Source of the DNA: Octopus bimaculoides
Lineage: Eukaryota
Assembly (NCBI RefSeq): GCF_001194135.2
Contig: NC_068998.1
Coordinates: forward strand, 30,637,563 to 30,679,232
Direction of reading: 5' to 3'
Length of the DNA stretch: 41,670 nucleotides
The notes under the pieces were generated by a model. The model worked only from the letters and a program-made list of their open reading frames with translations. It did not search any database and was not told where the DNA came from. The position numbers and the translations under genes were made by a program. Positions 1-12,595 of this stretch are shown one piece after another (position 1 is the first letter of the stretch; each line of letters starts with the position of its first letter).

Positions 1-51
1 AATTTGGAGCAACATGTGTGCTAATTTGTAGACGTGCATAAATTACATTCA

Positions 52-54
<3 letters not shown>

Positions 55-91
<37 letters not shown>
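55..91. repeat. (CA)n microsatellite
   Basis: Perfect AC dinucleotide run read directly. Confidence 0.95.
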
Positions 92-92
<1 letters not shown>

Positions 93-351
93 CATGCCTT
101 TTATATATACAGATATATATATATGTACTTACATATGAAAGACTAAAGTGTACATATGCCACCATATGTATATAAAAAGGAATACAAAAAATGGGACAAG
201 AATGTAAAACATCCAGACAGATAATACAAAAAAGGGAGAAGAAAAAACAAGGACGGGTCATTCGGAGTTTTATTTTCTCAGTCAAGTTCCAGATTATCTT
301 TGCAATTTCTGCTGGTTATACTCGAGATTGCCCCAATCTGGAATAAGTGAA

Positions 352-690
352 GGCGCATGGCTCGGTGGTTAGAATGTCGAGCTTACGATCGTGAGGTTGT
401 GAGTTCGATTCCTGGACCAGGCTGCGCGTTGTGTTCTTCAGTAAGACACTTTATTTCATTTTGCTCCAGTTAACTCAGCTGTAGAAATGAGTTGCGACAT
501 TACTGGTGCCAAGCTGTATCAGCCTTTGCCTTTCCTTTGGATAACACCAGTGGTGTGGAGAGGGGAGGTTGGTATGCATGGGTGACTGCTGGCCTTCCAT
601 AAACAACCTTGCCTGGACTTGTGCCTCGGAGGGTAACTCTCTAGGCACAATCCCATGGTCATTCATGACCAAAGGGGGTCTCCTATATGT
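352..690 (+). mobile_element. tRNA-derived SINE
   Basis: Pol III A-box TGGCTCGGTGG (358-368) and B-box GTTCGATTCC (403-412), followed by a GTGTTCTTCAGTAAGACACTT central domain typical of metazoan SINE superfamilies and a simple-repeat tail. Confidence 0.8.
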
Positions 691-1016
691 ACATACATAC
701 ACATATATATATGCATATATGGGCACAGGACGTCACAAACTGCAAACATGAAATGCAAAAACAAGAGAAGCAAATGGAAAACAGGACAAGCAACATAAAG
801 CATGACCTCTCATCAGTTGTCAGCCATTCAATGCTCGAAATGAGGAGTGGATACTCCTCATTACGAGCATTTCCAGTTCTATATAGAAATTGTACATGTG
901 TATTTGCCAATATGCATATATATACTCTTAAAAGTACAAGTTCATATACTCCTATGTGTGTGTATATAGGCAGATACATCTATACTCCATATACTGGCAG
1001 TGGAGAGGTATAGCCT

Positions 1017-1300
<284 letters not shown>

Positions 1301-1938
1301 AAGCACACACAAAATTACAAATATATACAAACAAATCATACATATTCACATATAGGTATACAAATATCTTCAATCCACAATCAGGTTGTTAAGGTCATCT
1401 GGATGTACTATCAGAAAATATATATATACACACACTTTGAGAACTGAATCTGATCCTATACGTAAATCTATAGGTATTTCATATTTTAAAGAGGATATTA
1501 TATCTATAGGTATTTCATATGGATATACATATTTTTTGAAAATGATCAAAAAAACTATTATAGTCATTTTGTCTGGATGTAAGTCAATTTGATAATTTTG
1601 GCTATTGGGGTTTTATAGATTTATGGAGTATAGTTCTATTAAACTATTAATATATAGTCTGCTAATGGTTATATTTTAAAAAATTGAATTGAAGATTTTA
1701 GGGTGACATTAAATCATATCAATAAATTACTTTAGTTTAATAAAAAGGTACCTTCCCATGTGTCCACACGAAAAAACATTTTCATCCTTTGTATTAACTA
1801 GGTTCCCTTTTCTTTTCATTATTTTATAGTCTTCCTCTAGGCACAAGCTACAGAATTTATTGTTAATTTTGTAAGAAGGTGCTTGTGCTATCTATACAGT
1901 AACTGTGAGTTTTTTGGAAAATCTTTTCGTAAATCTTG

Positions 1939-2026
1939 AGATTAACACCCGCACCATTACCTACCTAACCCTAACCTTAAAACCCTAACTCTAACACTGT
2001 AGTGAAAATCGTGCGGGTGTTAATCT
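1939..2026 (-). repeat. Hairpin cassette with telomere-like (CCCTAA)n core, copy A
   Basis: Perfect 16-bp inverted repeat AGATTAACACCCGCAC (1939-1954) / GTGCGGGTGTTAATCT (2011-2026) enclosing degenerate CCCTAA units. Confidence 0.85.
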
Positions 2027-3466
2027 GAAAATTTAACAATCTTTTTCAAAACACTTTTACTTACTAACATTTTTTTATTTAGTGTGTGTGTGTGTGTGTG
2101 TGTGTTGTCCATATATATATATATACACTTAAGGCTTAGTTGTGGGTTGGGACTTTGATCGTCAGAGGTCATTATTATTATTATTATNNNNNNNNNNNNN
2201 NNNNNNNNNNNNNNNNNNNNNNNNNNNNNNNNNNNNNNNNNNNNNNNNNNNNNNNNNNNNNNNNNNNNNNNNNNNNNNNNNNNNNNNNNNNNNNNNNNNN
2301 NNNNNNNNNNNNNNNNNNNNNNNNNNNNNNNNNNNNNNNNNNNNNNNNNNNNNNNNNNNNNNNNNNNNNNNNNNNNNNNNNNNNNNNNNNNNNNNNNNNN
2401 NNNNNNNNNNNNNNNNNNNNNNNNNNNNNNNNNNNNNNTACATACGTACAAATACACACATACATACAAATAAACACATACATACAAATACCTGTCAGTC
2501 TCTTCCAAATACGATTGACAGTCAAACATTTATTCCCTACAAACTGAATTTTTTTAATCATCTTTCTTAAAACACATTTACTTACTACCATATATATAGA
2601 GAGACACAGAATACACATTAATACACACATATACACAAATACCTGTCATTTTTTTTATTTAGTGTGTGTGTTGCCCATCTTAATGTATAATGCTGGAGTT
2701 CTGTATCTGTGTGAAGCCTTTTTAAAAGTTTATAGAAATCCACATTTTCCACTTTTTCGTAAAAATTTTGACATCAATGGAATTTTCTCGATGTGAACTT
2801 TCCAGTGCAGTAATTACATTTTTAAAATTCTGTTTACTTTGTGTGATTTAAGGGTGATTTGGCTGTTGTTTCTTCCCTTCTATCTGTACCGGCGATCTTA
2901 CACATCGCCGGTACAACATATAATATAGAGAGTAAGAGTAAGAGAGAGAGAGAGAGAAAGTGATACATACAAAGTCATAGATTAACTTTGTTTAAGACCT
3001 TTTCACTCTTACTTCGTTCTTCTCCCTCTCTCCCATTTAATAGCTTTCTTCTATCCCTCTACTTCTAACACATTTTTCATAACATAAATACGTAAAAACA
3101 CACACAACCACACATACGTGATCTGTGACAACAACGTACACATAAACACATACACACATCAACATTATAGATATAAGATTTAGTTTCTGTGTGTTTCTTA
3201 TATAAACACGTGCACGCATTGCTATTTTATAACTGTCTTCTGTTCTCCCTTCCTCTCTCTTCATTGCTCCCGTTCTCTATTCCTTTCTTCCCCTTCTCTC
3301 TCTTCCTCTCTCCCTCTTCTCTCTCGCTCTCTCAAACGCAAATACGCACATGTACACACAAGCATTCACTACAATATAACTCATGTTCGTCAATGTTTTG
3401 TAAATATACAAACTACAGGACAACACATTGCAAATCAGTGAACTTCATTAGAAATGTGGGTAATTT

Positions 3467-3672
3467 TTCAGATTAACACCCGCAGGATTTTCACTAGGGG
3501 GTTAGGGTTAGTGTTGGGGTTAGGGTTAGGATTAAGGTTAGTGTTATGGTTACGGTTTTAGGGTCAGGGTTAGGGTTTTAGGGTTAAGGTTAGGGTCTAG
3601 GGTTAGGGTTAGGGTTTAGGACTAGAGTTAGAGTCTAAGGTTAGGGCTAGGTAAACATGCGGGTTTTAATCG
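3467..3672 (+). repeat. Hairpin cassette with telomere-like (TTAGGG)n core, copy B (inverted relative to copy A)
   Basis: GATTAACACCCGCA (3471-3484) / TGCGGGTTTTAATC (3658-3671), 13/14 complementary, enclosing about 25 degenerate TTAGGG units; 3467-3496 matches the reverse complement of 2001-2030 at 29/30. Confidence 0.85.
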
Positions 3673-3753
3673 GAGAAATTACTGAAATGTGAAAACTACC
3701 GACCCTGCCATCTGTTATAACTTTTGTTGTTCTGTTTCATATATATATAGATT

Positions 3754-4025
3754 ATGCCTCCAAAGAAGAGAGTTTGCTGGGGAAAGAAAGCAACTAGTTT
3801 AAAAAGACAGCAACAGACTGCACCAATTCACCACATTCCAGAAGCTACTTTGAACACAATGCAAAATGGTGCATCAACATGTACTGCCCAATCTGATAGA
3901 ATTCTGGCAAAACTGTGTAGCAACACATCGCCAGCAATTGCTTCATCAGAAATTGCCGTCCTAACTCCTGTGAAAAGGGATTACCCTGCTATGTATAATC
4001 AAGGCAGCGCAAAAAGTTGTTTTGT
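3754..4025 (+). other. Orphan open reading frame (MPPKKRVCWGKK...), 90 codons running into an assembly gap
   Basis: Stop-free non-repetitive frame starting at ATG, preceded by a pyrimidine tract ending in AG (3721-3750); no recognisable family. Confidence 0.25.
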
Positions 4026-4499
4026 NNNNNNNNNNNNNNNNNNNNNNNNNNNNNNNNNNNNNNNNNNNNNNNNNNNNNNNNNNNNNNNNNNNNNNNNNNN
4101 NNNNNNNNNNNNNNNNNNNNNNNNNNNNNNNNNNNNNNNNNNNNNNNNNNNNNNNNNNNNNNNNNNNNNNNNNNNNNNNNNNNNNNNNNNNNNNNNNNNN
4201 NNNNNNNNNNNNNNNNNNNNNNNNNNNNNNNNNNNNNNNNNNNNNNNNNNNNNNNNNNNNNNNNNNNNNNNNNNNNNNNNNNNNNNNNNNNNNNNNNNNN
4301 NNNNNNNNNNNNNNNNNNNNNNNNNNNNNNNNNNNNNNNNNNNNNNNNNNNNNNNNNNNNNNNNNNNNNNNNNNNNNNNNNNNNNNNNNNNNNNNNNNNN
4401 NNNNNNNNNNNNNNNNNNNNNNNNNNNNNNNNNNNNNNNNNNNNNNNNNNNNNNNNNNNNNNNNNNNNNNNNTATATATATATATATATATTCTTTTCT

Positions 4500-4705
4500 A
4501 CTCTAGGAACAAGGCCTGAAATGTTTGGGGAGGGGACAAATCTATTAGATCAACTCCAGTACGCAACTGGTACTTAATTCATTAACCCTGAAAGAATGAA
4601 AAGCAAAGTCGACCTCGGGGGAATTTGAATTCAGAACGTAAAAACAGATGAAATACCACTAAGCATTTTGCCCTGCATGCTAAAGTTTCTGCCAGCTTAC
4701 CCCTT
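4500..4705 (-). mobile_element. tRNA-derived SINE (same family as 36590-37393)
   Basis: Minus strand reads A-box-like TGGCAGAAAC, B-box-like GAATTCAAATTCC and the body GAGGTCGACTTTGCTTTTCATTCTTTCAGGG...AAGTACCAGT shared with four copies near 37 kb. Confidence 0.75.
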
Positions 4706-4989
4706 TGATATATATATTGTTAAGTTATGCCCCATAACCTTGCCACTGTCAATAACTGTTTAATGGCTAAAAAGAATTCCCCTTCCTCTTCTCTATCTAC
4801 TCAACTCCTCTGCTAGCAGTTACTTATCTATGAAGGCTTTGTGGCAGTGAAGGAAATTTAATTCAGACTGTAGCCAATAACTGTTATCACCGATATGGAT
4901 AAGGACCAGCTGCAGCCAGGCAAGTACCCACAAAAATGTTATTTCCAGCTGTTATAAACAGTCTTCAAACTACCCTTTTACTTTCTCAA

Positions 4990-7710
4990 GACCACAATCT
5001 TAGAGCTGCCACAATCAATGTTGGCAGATTGTTGGTGAGATTGTGAAATGCTTAACTGGAGACATGTAAATGTATACTGTGTGCAAAGGAATAATGGAGA
5101 GAAACCTCAACTAGACTACTTGTGGGCAAAGAAAGTGGATAAAAATTCTTCTAAATGGGGAATATGACATGGGTGGGTGGTGTAAGTCTACTTTTGGCAG
5201 AGAAATGAGTGGATAAGGTGATCTGATCGATGTACTCAGGGTGTGTGATAGGATTATTAAGCTAAGAATAATCTTGTATAATATAACAATGACAACATTT
5301 ATATCTGCATATGCTCTACACAGTGGACTGGAAGATGAACAGGACCATTTCTATGAGACCTTTTGCAGATTACCTCAACAATGAAAGACAATGTCCTTAT
5401 TATTGCGGCTGGTACCTTCAATGGGCATGTTGGGCAGCACTCCAATGGATTTTATGGCTTGCATTGAGGTTATGGTTTTTGTATTAGAAATGAGGAGTGA
5501 ATAAGGCTGCAGGAATTCTGTGATGCTACTGACTTGTTAGTCAGCAACACTAACTGAAAGTAATCAGCCAGCCATCCAATCATCTATCAATCTGGTGAGC
5601 ACACAAGCCAGATTGACTATATTCTCACCAGAAACAGGAAGAACCAGATGCTTGTAAATGCAAAGTCCTTCTCAGGTGAAGAATGTACAACTTAACATAG
5701 GTTAATGGTTAATAACTAGAAGGACCAAGCTTAAGGATTGTTCAAACAGTCAAAAATTTAGAAATGTTTTAATTAATGCATTTGGCAAGGAGAAAGAGAC
5801 AGAGATGTATAACATAGAGAACAAATGGAAGCTCTTACAGGATAACATACACTAAATCTGTGGCTAGAACAAAGCTTCAACTAAATCAATGGTGACATAG
5901 TGGTAGAACAGTGATAAACAGAGTCACAAAAGAGAAGAGATGGGTTTGGAAAGTGTTGAAAAATGGAGGTAGCAAAGAATCATATCAGGTAGTTAAAAGG
6001 GAAGCTAGATGACAGGTTTATTTAGCAGGGGTAGAAGCAGAAAGGAAGATGTTTGCCAGTCAGTATCTTACAGTATGAGGATCAGAAGCACAAGATGTTC
6101 CAGATTGCAAGAGAGAATCAATGTGGGTGAGGAATATTTATGGCTGAATAATGGCATGCTTGACTTAGTGATTCTGAAAAAAAGAGGCATGGAATTGCTA
6201 TGAAAGGCTATTAAATGTGAAAAATGTATGCGAAGAAGAGAGCTATTTCAATGTGAACCCAATAGAGAGACCAGTTATCCTAGTTGACAGCAGTATGATA
6301 AATTAGACAATTAAGTATATGAAGAAAGGGAAGATCTCTGGTCCATCAAGAATTATTGCTGAGATGCTTAAAATATCTAGCAATGTTAATCAGTTTATAT
6401 AGGAAGACGTCATCTCCAATGACTGGTGTAGCAGCATTGTAGTCAGCTGTTACAAGGGTAAAATTGGATGTCGTAAAGAGAAATAATTACAGGTCTCAAA
6501 TTGCTAGATAAGGTCATGAAAGTTACCAATTAATTAGGAACAGAATTAAGCTAGCTGAGATGTACTTTAGTTTCATGCTGGGAAGAAGTACTTTGGATGC
6601 TATCTTAGAAGTATTTAGCTAAGAGTAAACTATTGTATTAGGCATTCATATCCCTAGAAAAAAAACCTTTGATAGAGTCTCTTGCTGTGATATAGTGGTC
6701 CTTGAAGAAGCTAGGGGTAGAAAGTCATACAAGCCATGTACAAGAGTGTGGTCAGTAAGGTAAGAGTTAGCCACGAATTCAACAATGAATTTAAGAGTTT
6801 GCTTGAGTTATGTTCTTAGTCCCCTCCTAATTATTTGGCTAGAAAAGAATTTAAGCCTGGCTGTCTTTTGAAACTACCATATACTGATGATTTCACTCTC
6901 ATAGTAGAATTTGTAACAAACTTTGGAAAAAAATTCCAGATGTGGAAGGAAAATCAGAAATCAAAGGACCTTAAAGTCAACATAGCAAAGACCAAAGTTC
7001 TAGTAAGCAGGAAAACAGATAGTACTCTTCTCTCTTCAGGTAAATGGCTCTGTTTGAAAGCAGTGTTTATATGTGAAAGATATGGAGGAGCAATGAACAG
7101 TAAGGACACATAGGAAATCGATTTTGTTCAATACTCTGGAGGTAGTAGATAGTTTCTGTAACTTGGATGACCTAATTAGCAGTGGTGGAGGATGTTCTAA
7201 CATGATATTTGCTAGAACAAGAAAAGTATAGGGAAAGTTCAGAGAGCTATTAAACCTGTTGGCGACAAAAATTTTCTCTGTCTGAATGAAAGGCAGACTG
7301 TATGATGCTTGTGTATGAATCACAATGCTACACGATAGTTAGACATGAGCCCTGCATACAGAGGACATGGGAAGACTACGGAGGAATGTAGCTAGTGTGC
7401 TCTTTTGGATGTGCAATCGCAGTGTGCATGTACAATAAAGTGCTAGTGTATTGAGAGAAAAATAAGGCATAAGAGAAAGACTGCTAGTTTAGCCATGTGA
7501 TGCATATGAATAAGGACAGCTTCATATAGAAGTGCCAATCACCTAAAGGGGATGGAACATGTGGAAGGAGAGACCCAGGAAGACATGGGACAAAATATTG
7601 AAGGCTAATCTCAAAACATTGAGCCTCACAGAGGAGATGACTAAGGACCGAAACGATTGGTGATTTACTGTACTTGAGAAGACCTATTCATAACAGTAAA
7701 TATAATGACC
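4990..7710 (+). mobile_element. Decayed RTE-clade LINE (AP endonuclease + reverse transcriptase)
   Basis: Frameshifted, stop-riddled motifs: LRAATINVG (endonuclease start), IAAGTFNGHVG, NNYR, LPYTDD (YADD) RT core, DSFCNLDDLISSGGG, GRLYDACV, and C-terminal GRPRKTW...DLKTLSLTEEMT...VLEKT. Confidence 0.85.
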
Positions 7711-7959
7711 TAAAAATATCTTGCCTATACTTGTATGTGCTGGGCTCTGTCCATACACCTCTAACTGCCCTGTCAAGTATTCCCCACATCTCATCTCCCT
7801 GCCCCACATACCCAACAACCTCCCCTTTTTGACACATCCCCTAAATCTTTGTGCTAGCAGTTCTTTTCTGCCTTCTCTCACTTTCATCCTTCATTCTCAT
7901 TATCAACCTCTCTCATGTACCATTCCGCTTCCCTCTCCTGCCATATTCCTTATTTTTGC

Positions 7960-10250
7960 AAGTTCTGTCATCTCTTTGATGTATCTGTCAGGTCAGTCCT
8001 TCCTGTGAATAGCAATGTAAATAGTTATTGCAATTATATCATGTCTTGAGGAAGGTAATATTTTGTGGAAACTGCTACTGATGAAGGCAATATCTTCCAC
8101 ACTGATATAGTATAATTGACCTTACATTCCATGTCCTTCTATATGGGATGTAATGCATCTATCACAGGTTCAAGGTAGGCTACTCTTCCTGTCAATGTTG
8201 CTGTTATCCTCTGGTTTGTGGGATATGTACCATGTATTGGGTTTTGACACTATGATGAGGCTTCTCTGTCAAGCTTCAGCTTAGTTAGGTCAGTCCAACT
8301 TCTTTTGAGACATGTAAGACATGCCATTCAGAGAATCTGCTTAGGAATTCTTAACTTATTCAGATGTTGTTGCTTTCACATTTGAGTACACATGTAATGT
8401 ACTTGTTTTTTTCTTTACTGTTCAGTTGATATCTGAGTGATACAATGTGATATTCAAAGGCTGTTTGGACTGACCTTATGCTCTGCCATCATCTCTTCAT
8501 CTTACATATATCCTATCAGTGTCACTGTTGATGTGGAAGTGACCAGTGATGGTCAGTACATTTCTAGTTTTGATGTCCAAGCAGTGGATCTCACCAAGTG
8601 TCCAGATTACTATCCCAATGTTGGTACTATGCAGATAGCTCAGAGTTTCACATTTTTTAGAGTCCGCGGAAGTATTCTTTTGTTTTGTGCATTACTCACA
8701 GTACCAACATATGCAACATTTTCATTAATTCCAAGTAACCTACAGTATTTATCATTAGAGATAGGAGAGATATACAAATCATTGATGTTCATGTTCTCTC
8801 TTTGGTTGACAATCTTTCCTCAGATGACTATCGAGCATTTATCTTGCCTATACTTCATTCCTATGTCCTGTGAGAATGTTATGACAATTTCTAATTGTCC
8901 CTTGATGTTATTCATGTTACCATAATACAACTTAAGGTCATTAACAAAATATGTATGTGTGATAGTAGTTTTATTCTTTTCTGCATATCTCAACATGTAG
9001 CCATGGCATTTTGTTAACAGGGCTGACAAGGGATCCATTGCCAGTATAAACTACATTGCAGATTAACTGTCAACCTAGAATATTCCCATTCTGTTTGTAA
9101 CTATGGGTGTTGCTTCGGTTGTTAGTGATAGCTGAGTGGATCGTGTTGTAGTCAGTTTTTCAGTGGCATTAACTAGAGCAGTTGGTACTTTGGTAAGGTG
9201 TAGTGTTTGAGAAACTGTTCAGCACAGCCCTAGACTCCTTTCTTTCCTCCTGCATGTTCATCCGTTATCACATAATTTGTTTGGGAATGGTCTTTAAGAA
9301 ACCTGTGTACAGTTTGTACATAGCATCTAAGCATGTCATGGTCCTGTAGTTTTTGGCCACCTGAGTCTCTTTGTTCTTGGGGACAAGTGTAGTCCATACA
9401 ACCATCAGCCAATCTTGTATATCTAGCTCCTTGTTCATTGTTTTTTAAAACAAGGTTATGGGAATTTCCTGCTGAACATGAGCTTTTCATACTAATAGCC
9501 TACTATCTGGTCTCTCCCAAATGATTTTCTATTTAATAGTTCTGTAATAACCATTAGAAGGGCCTCACAGGTGATGTTATATATTTTGGGAGAGGCATTG
9601 ACACAATTCATTTAACCATGTTGCATGGCAATTGCAATCTTTGTTTGCCTCCCAAATTCCCTGCCAGAATGACTCCAGGTCCTTCTGGGAAGGAGTATTT
9701 ACAACCTTGATGGTATGGCCTATCATATTGCAATATGCAGCTTACGGGTTTCTCGTAAACTTGCAAATCATCGATTCATGTTCATGCAATTTTTTAATTG
9801 CCTTTAACTTACTATAGATCATGTTTGAGGGTGATCAGTTTGCTTGTGAGTGTTTCTTGGTGAAAATTCCAATACAATTTGAAAAATCTATCTTACAGTC
9901 ATAGCTGATGATTCATGAAGTCAGTTTTCACTTTGCATTTGATTATAGGATCCAACTGTCCAATCTTTTTCCTGAGTCCATTGATGTTATTTTGGAGGGT
10001 GACAATTCATTTAGTATATCTGAAAATCTTAAAGGAAAGTCTTGCCTTTGTTAGTCTGAAATCTGTTCTTGACCACTGATCCATTATATCATAATTTCCT
10101 TGTTAGTCATCATTTTTTTCACAACGACCACTAACAAAATTAGATGAATTTAAGGTCTATAAAATTGGTGAGTTGTTAGTTTTGCAAAGCACTTCTGGTT
10201 ATTTGGACAGCTGAAATGTCCCCTGCATCATATCAGCACTAAGACACTGG
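7960..10250 (-). mobile_element. Decayed R4/Dong-like (RLE-type) non-LTR retrotransposon
   Basis: Minus-strand fragments TTLVPKNKETQVAKNYRTMTCLDAMYKLYT, GIF*VDS...LAMDPLSALL, ITHTYFVNDLKLY (cf. ISHLLYMDDLKLY), FSQDIGMKYRQDKC, and EDIAFISS...RHDIIA near the zinc-knuckle position. Boundaries approximate. Confidence 0.7.
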
Positions 10251-10783
10251 TATCAGCTGCTTCAATGAGTGCAAGAGTCCCTGACACTAATGGATTCTTA
10301 GTTACATGATCTGTGTGTGCTTTTTTTTTTTTAATGATTAACACCATTTATCCCTGCTAGTAGTGGTAGTGAAATATATTTGAACTCTGTTTCTGAGTAC
10401 TTATACTTGTGTATGAGTGCCAGTTGAGACACACAACTCAAAATATCTTCATATACTGTGAAATGGAGGCCTGGAAAGAAATTATATATTGTTGCTAGAA
10501 ATATGGTACAAGCAGGTCTAAATACTCAGTGGCATGAGAGTTCTAAAAGCACTAAAGTCAACACTACTGGGAACAATGTTATTAATTCAGTAGTACGACA
10601 GTATAAGAGAGTATGTGTATACACAGATATTACAATTTATATCAACAGAACAACAGAAAAGAAACTATGTGCATGTGAGTGAGTAATTGTGAAAATGAAA
10701 GACTAAATGTGAATGTGTGTTATATCATTTATATCAATGTACTACGCAATCAAGACACAGCAGCAGTAGAATATATCACTTAC

Positions 10784-10938
10784 TAATCATAGAGTTTAAT
10801 GATTCGGTCACTGTACTGCAACTGCTTCAGAAGAATCACCTCCTTTTTGTAGCTCCCTATGGTAACTGTGTGAGTGTCACCAAAAGTAATGCACTTAACT
10901 GCCATTCTATTTCCACTCTGGTCAAATACTTCATACAC
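10784..10938 (-). CDS. TTK: TTK/Mps1 dual-specificity kinase, exon encoding subdomains I(end)-IV: VYEVFDQSGNRMAVKCITFGDTHTVTIGSYKKEVILLKQLQYSDRIIKLYDY
   Basis: Acceptor tctcccacag|GTG, donor TA|gtaagt; aligns by eye with human TTK [53 protein letters not shown] (catalytic K, helix-C E, SDxIIxLYDY); phase 0 in, phase 2 out. Confidence 0.92.
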
Positions 10939-12002
10939 CTGTGGGAGATAAGATGGATAAGATGAATATTACAAAAACTGATATAAATTCAGTTGACTAA
11001 AACTGTTGACTTTTCTCCTTTCAAATTCTGACAAAAAAATGTTTTCTTTTATGATTTCATCAACAAGGCCCTGATTATCGATTATAAGTTGAGAAAGTTT
11101 CAGAGTAAATATAGCTCTGGAATGTAGGAATAAAATTCATATTGTTTAGTATGTGGCTTATTCTTATAACTTGCAAACTGTCAGCATTTTTAGCAGGTTC
11201 AGAAAAGCAAGGGTTATTGTAATTACAGTAGATAAAGTGTGAACACTCAGATGGGCTAGACATATAAATGAAATTCTTTAAAAATGGTTTTTACTTTTAT
11301 TCCATGTAAGAGAGACATATTTCTTTACAAGACTAAAATAAAAGCAAGCAAATTAGATGTGATTTACCTCAATTCCATTCACTTTCATATCATATCAAAG
11401 TAAATAAGTGTTCTTTGACAGCTGAATAGTATTTCACTGCAACTCCCACAGTCACAGCCAGCTAGCAATACATGAACTGCAGGAGAGCATCTACACAAGT
11501 GCTATGCCTGCTACAAGTAGCAGGTGAATTTCTCTTAAATCATACCCATCTTAAAAAAAATAAATACTACAGTTGGATGAAAAAAGAATAAAAGGAGTAC
11601 AAACATAACAAGAGCAGTGTGGATTATGTTTGCTCAGTCAGGATTGACCTGGGGTTAAACAACCAGTAATGCAATACAAGATACCAAACCAACAAAAGTG
11701 GAAAAGAAAACAGCAGGGATTCAATATTCGTTTTAATATGAGAACTGGAGTAAAGTTGTCATTGCCTTTCACTTACAACTGAATTGTGTAGTTGCATAAC
11801 ACCTCTTCATCAACTAGTAATTAGTATGCATCTAGTATATAACAAAGAGCTACAGCATAACTAAGAATAGCAAATAGCGTGTGTATTTTATGTAATTCTT
11901 CCATCACTTTTTTATTTTCTATTCATCATCCTAAAGACAGTCTAATATGCCCTCAACTCTCAAAAGCCTCACTGAAGACTTTATCCAATCCTCAGAAGAA
12001 GA

Positions 12003-12081
12003 AACAACAACAACAACAACAACCACAACCACAACAACAACCACAACAACAACCACCACAACCACCACCAGCACCACCACC

Positions 12082-12112
<31 letters not shown>

Positions 12113-12148
12113 CCACCACCGCCGCCACCATCATCATCATCATCATCA
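12003..12148. repeat. Compound trinucleotide repeat (ACA)n-(ACC)n-(GCC)n-(TCA)n
   Basis: Read directly; intronic and antisense to TTK. Confidence 0.95.
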
Positions 12149-12464
12149 TCTAGCCCATGTTTCTATGCTTGCACGAGTCATACAGAATTTCTATGCTTGC
12201 ACGAGTCATACAGTCATACAGGCTTTCTACAACTAGATAGTTTCCTATCATCAACCCTCACCTATTTCCAAGTAAGGCAATATTTCTCCATGGCCAGACA
12301 TGTTTTCAGTACATGACTGGAAACAAACAGCATCACTTGTATGACAGTGATGCTCATTTACAATCATCGTATGATGTGAAGAGAAGAGCACACACATATG
12401 CACTCACACACGCATGCATGCATTCATGCATTCATGCACGCATGCACACACACACACACACACA

Positions 12465-12566
12465 GACTATATTATAAGACGCTTGTATACAGTGCTGTAC
12501 AATGAGGCTGAGCCTGAGACCACATAGTTAGGAAACAAGCTTCTTAACCATAAAGTCACACCTGCA
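12465..12566 (-). mobile_element. Decayed tRNA-derived SINE head
   Basis: Minus strand GGTGTGACTTTATGGTTAAGAAGCTTGTTTCCTAACTATGTGGTCTCAGGCTCAGCCTC has tRNA-like A/B-box spacing and is followed by a (GT)n tail. Confidence 0.5.
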
Positions 12567-12595
12567 CACACATAGATAGATAAATAAGTACTTAC

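Noticed and set aside
251-283. Hammerhead-like string on the minus strand (CTGAGAA...CTCCGAAT-GACCC-GTC)
   Set aside because: Both core boxes deviate (CUGAGAA, GAAU), stem II is not paired and no stem I forms; at most a very decayed relative.
3490-3650. True chromosome end or simple interstitial telomere
   Set aside because: Units are degenerate, short and enclosed by family-specific inverted repeats shared with a second copy.
3790-3850. Minus-strand peptide LLECGELVQSVAVFLN after a TAG, resembling TTK VMECGNIDL
   Set aside because: Only 4-5 residues match, a stop follows after 16 codons with no donor, and the phase does not fit the upstream exon.
10400-10470. Acceptor-like tttctttccag 310 nt after the last kinase exon (possible next or poison exon)
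   Set aside because: Joining gives TA|G = stop, and no frame resembles the expected TTK continuation; such acceptor-like strings are common in AT-rich introns.
11879-12316. ORF with polyQ/polyP/polyS tract
   Set aside because: Translation of an intronic compound microsatellite; no splice or homology support.
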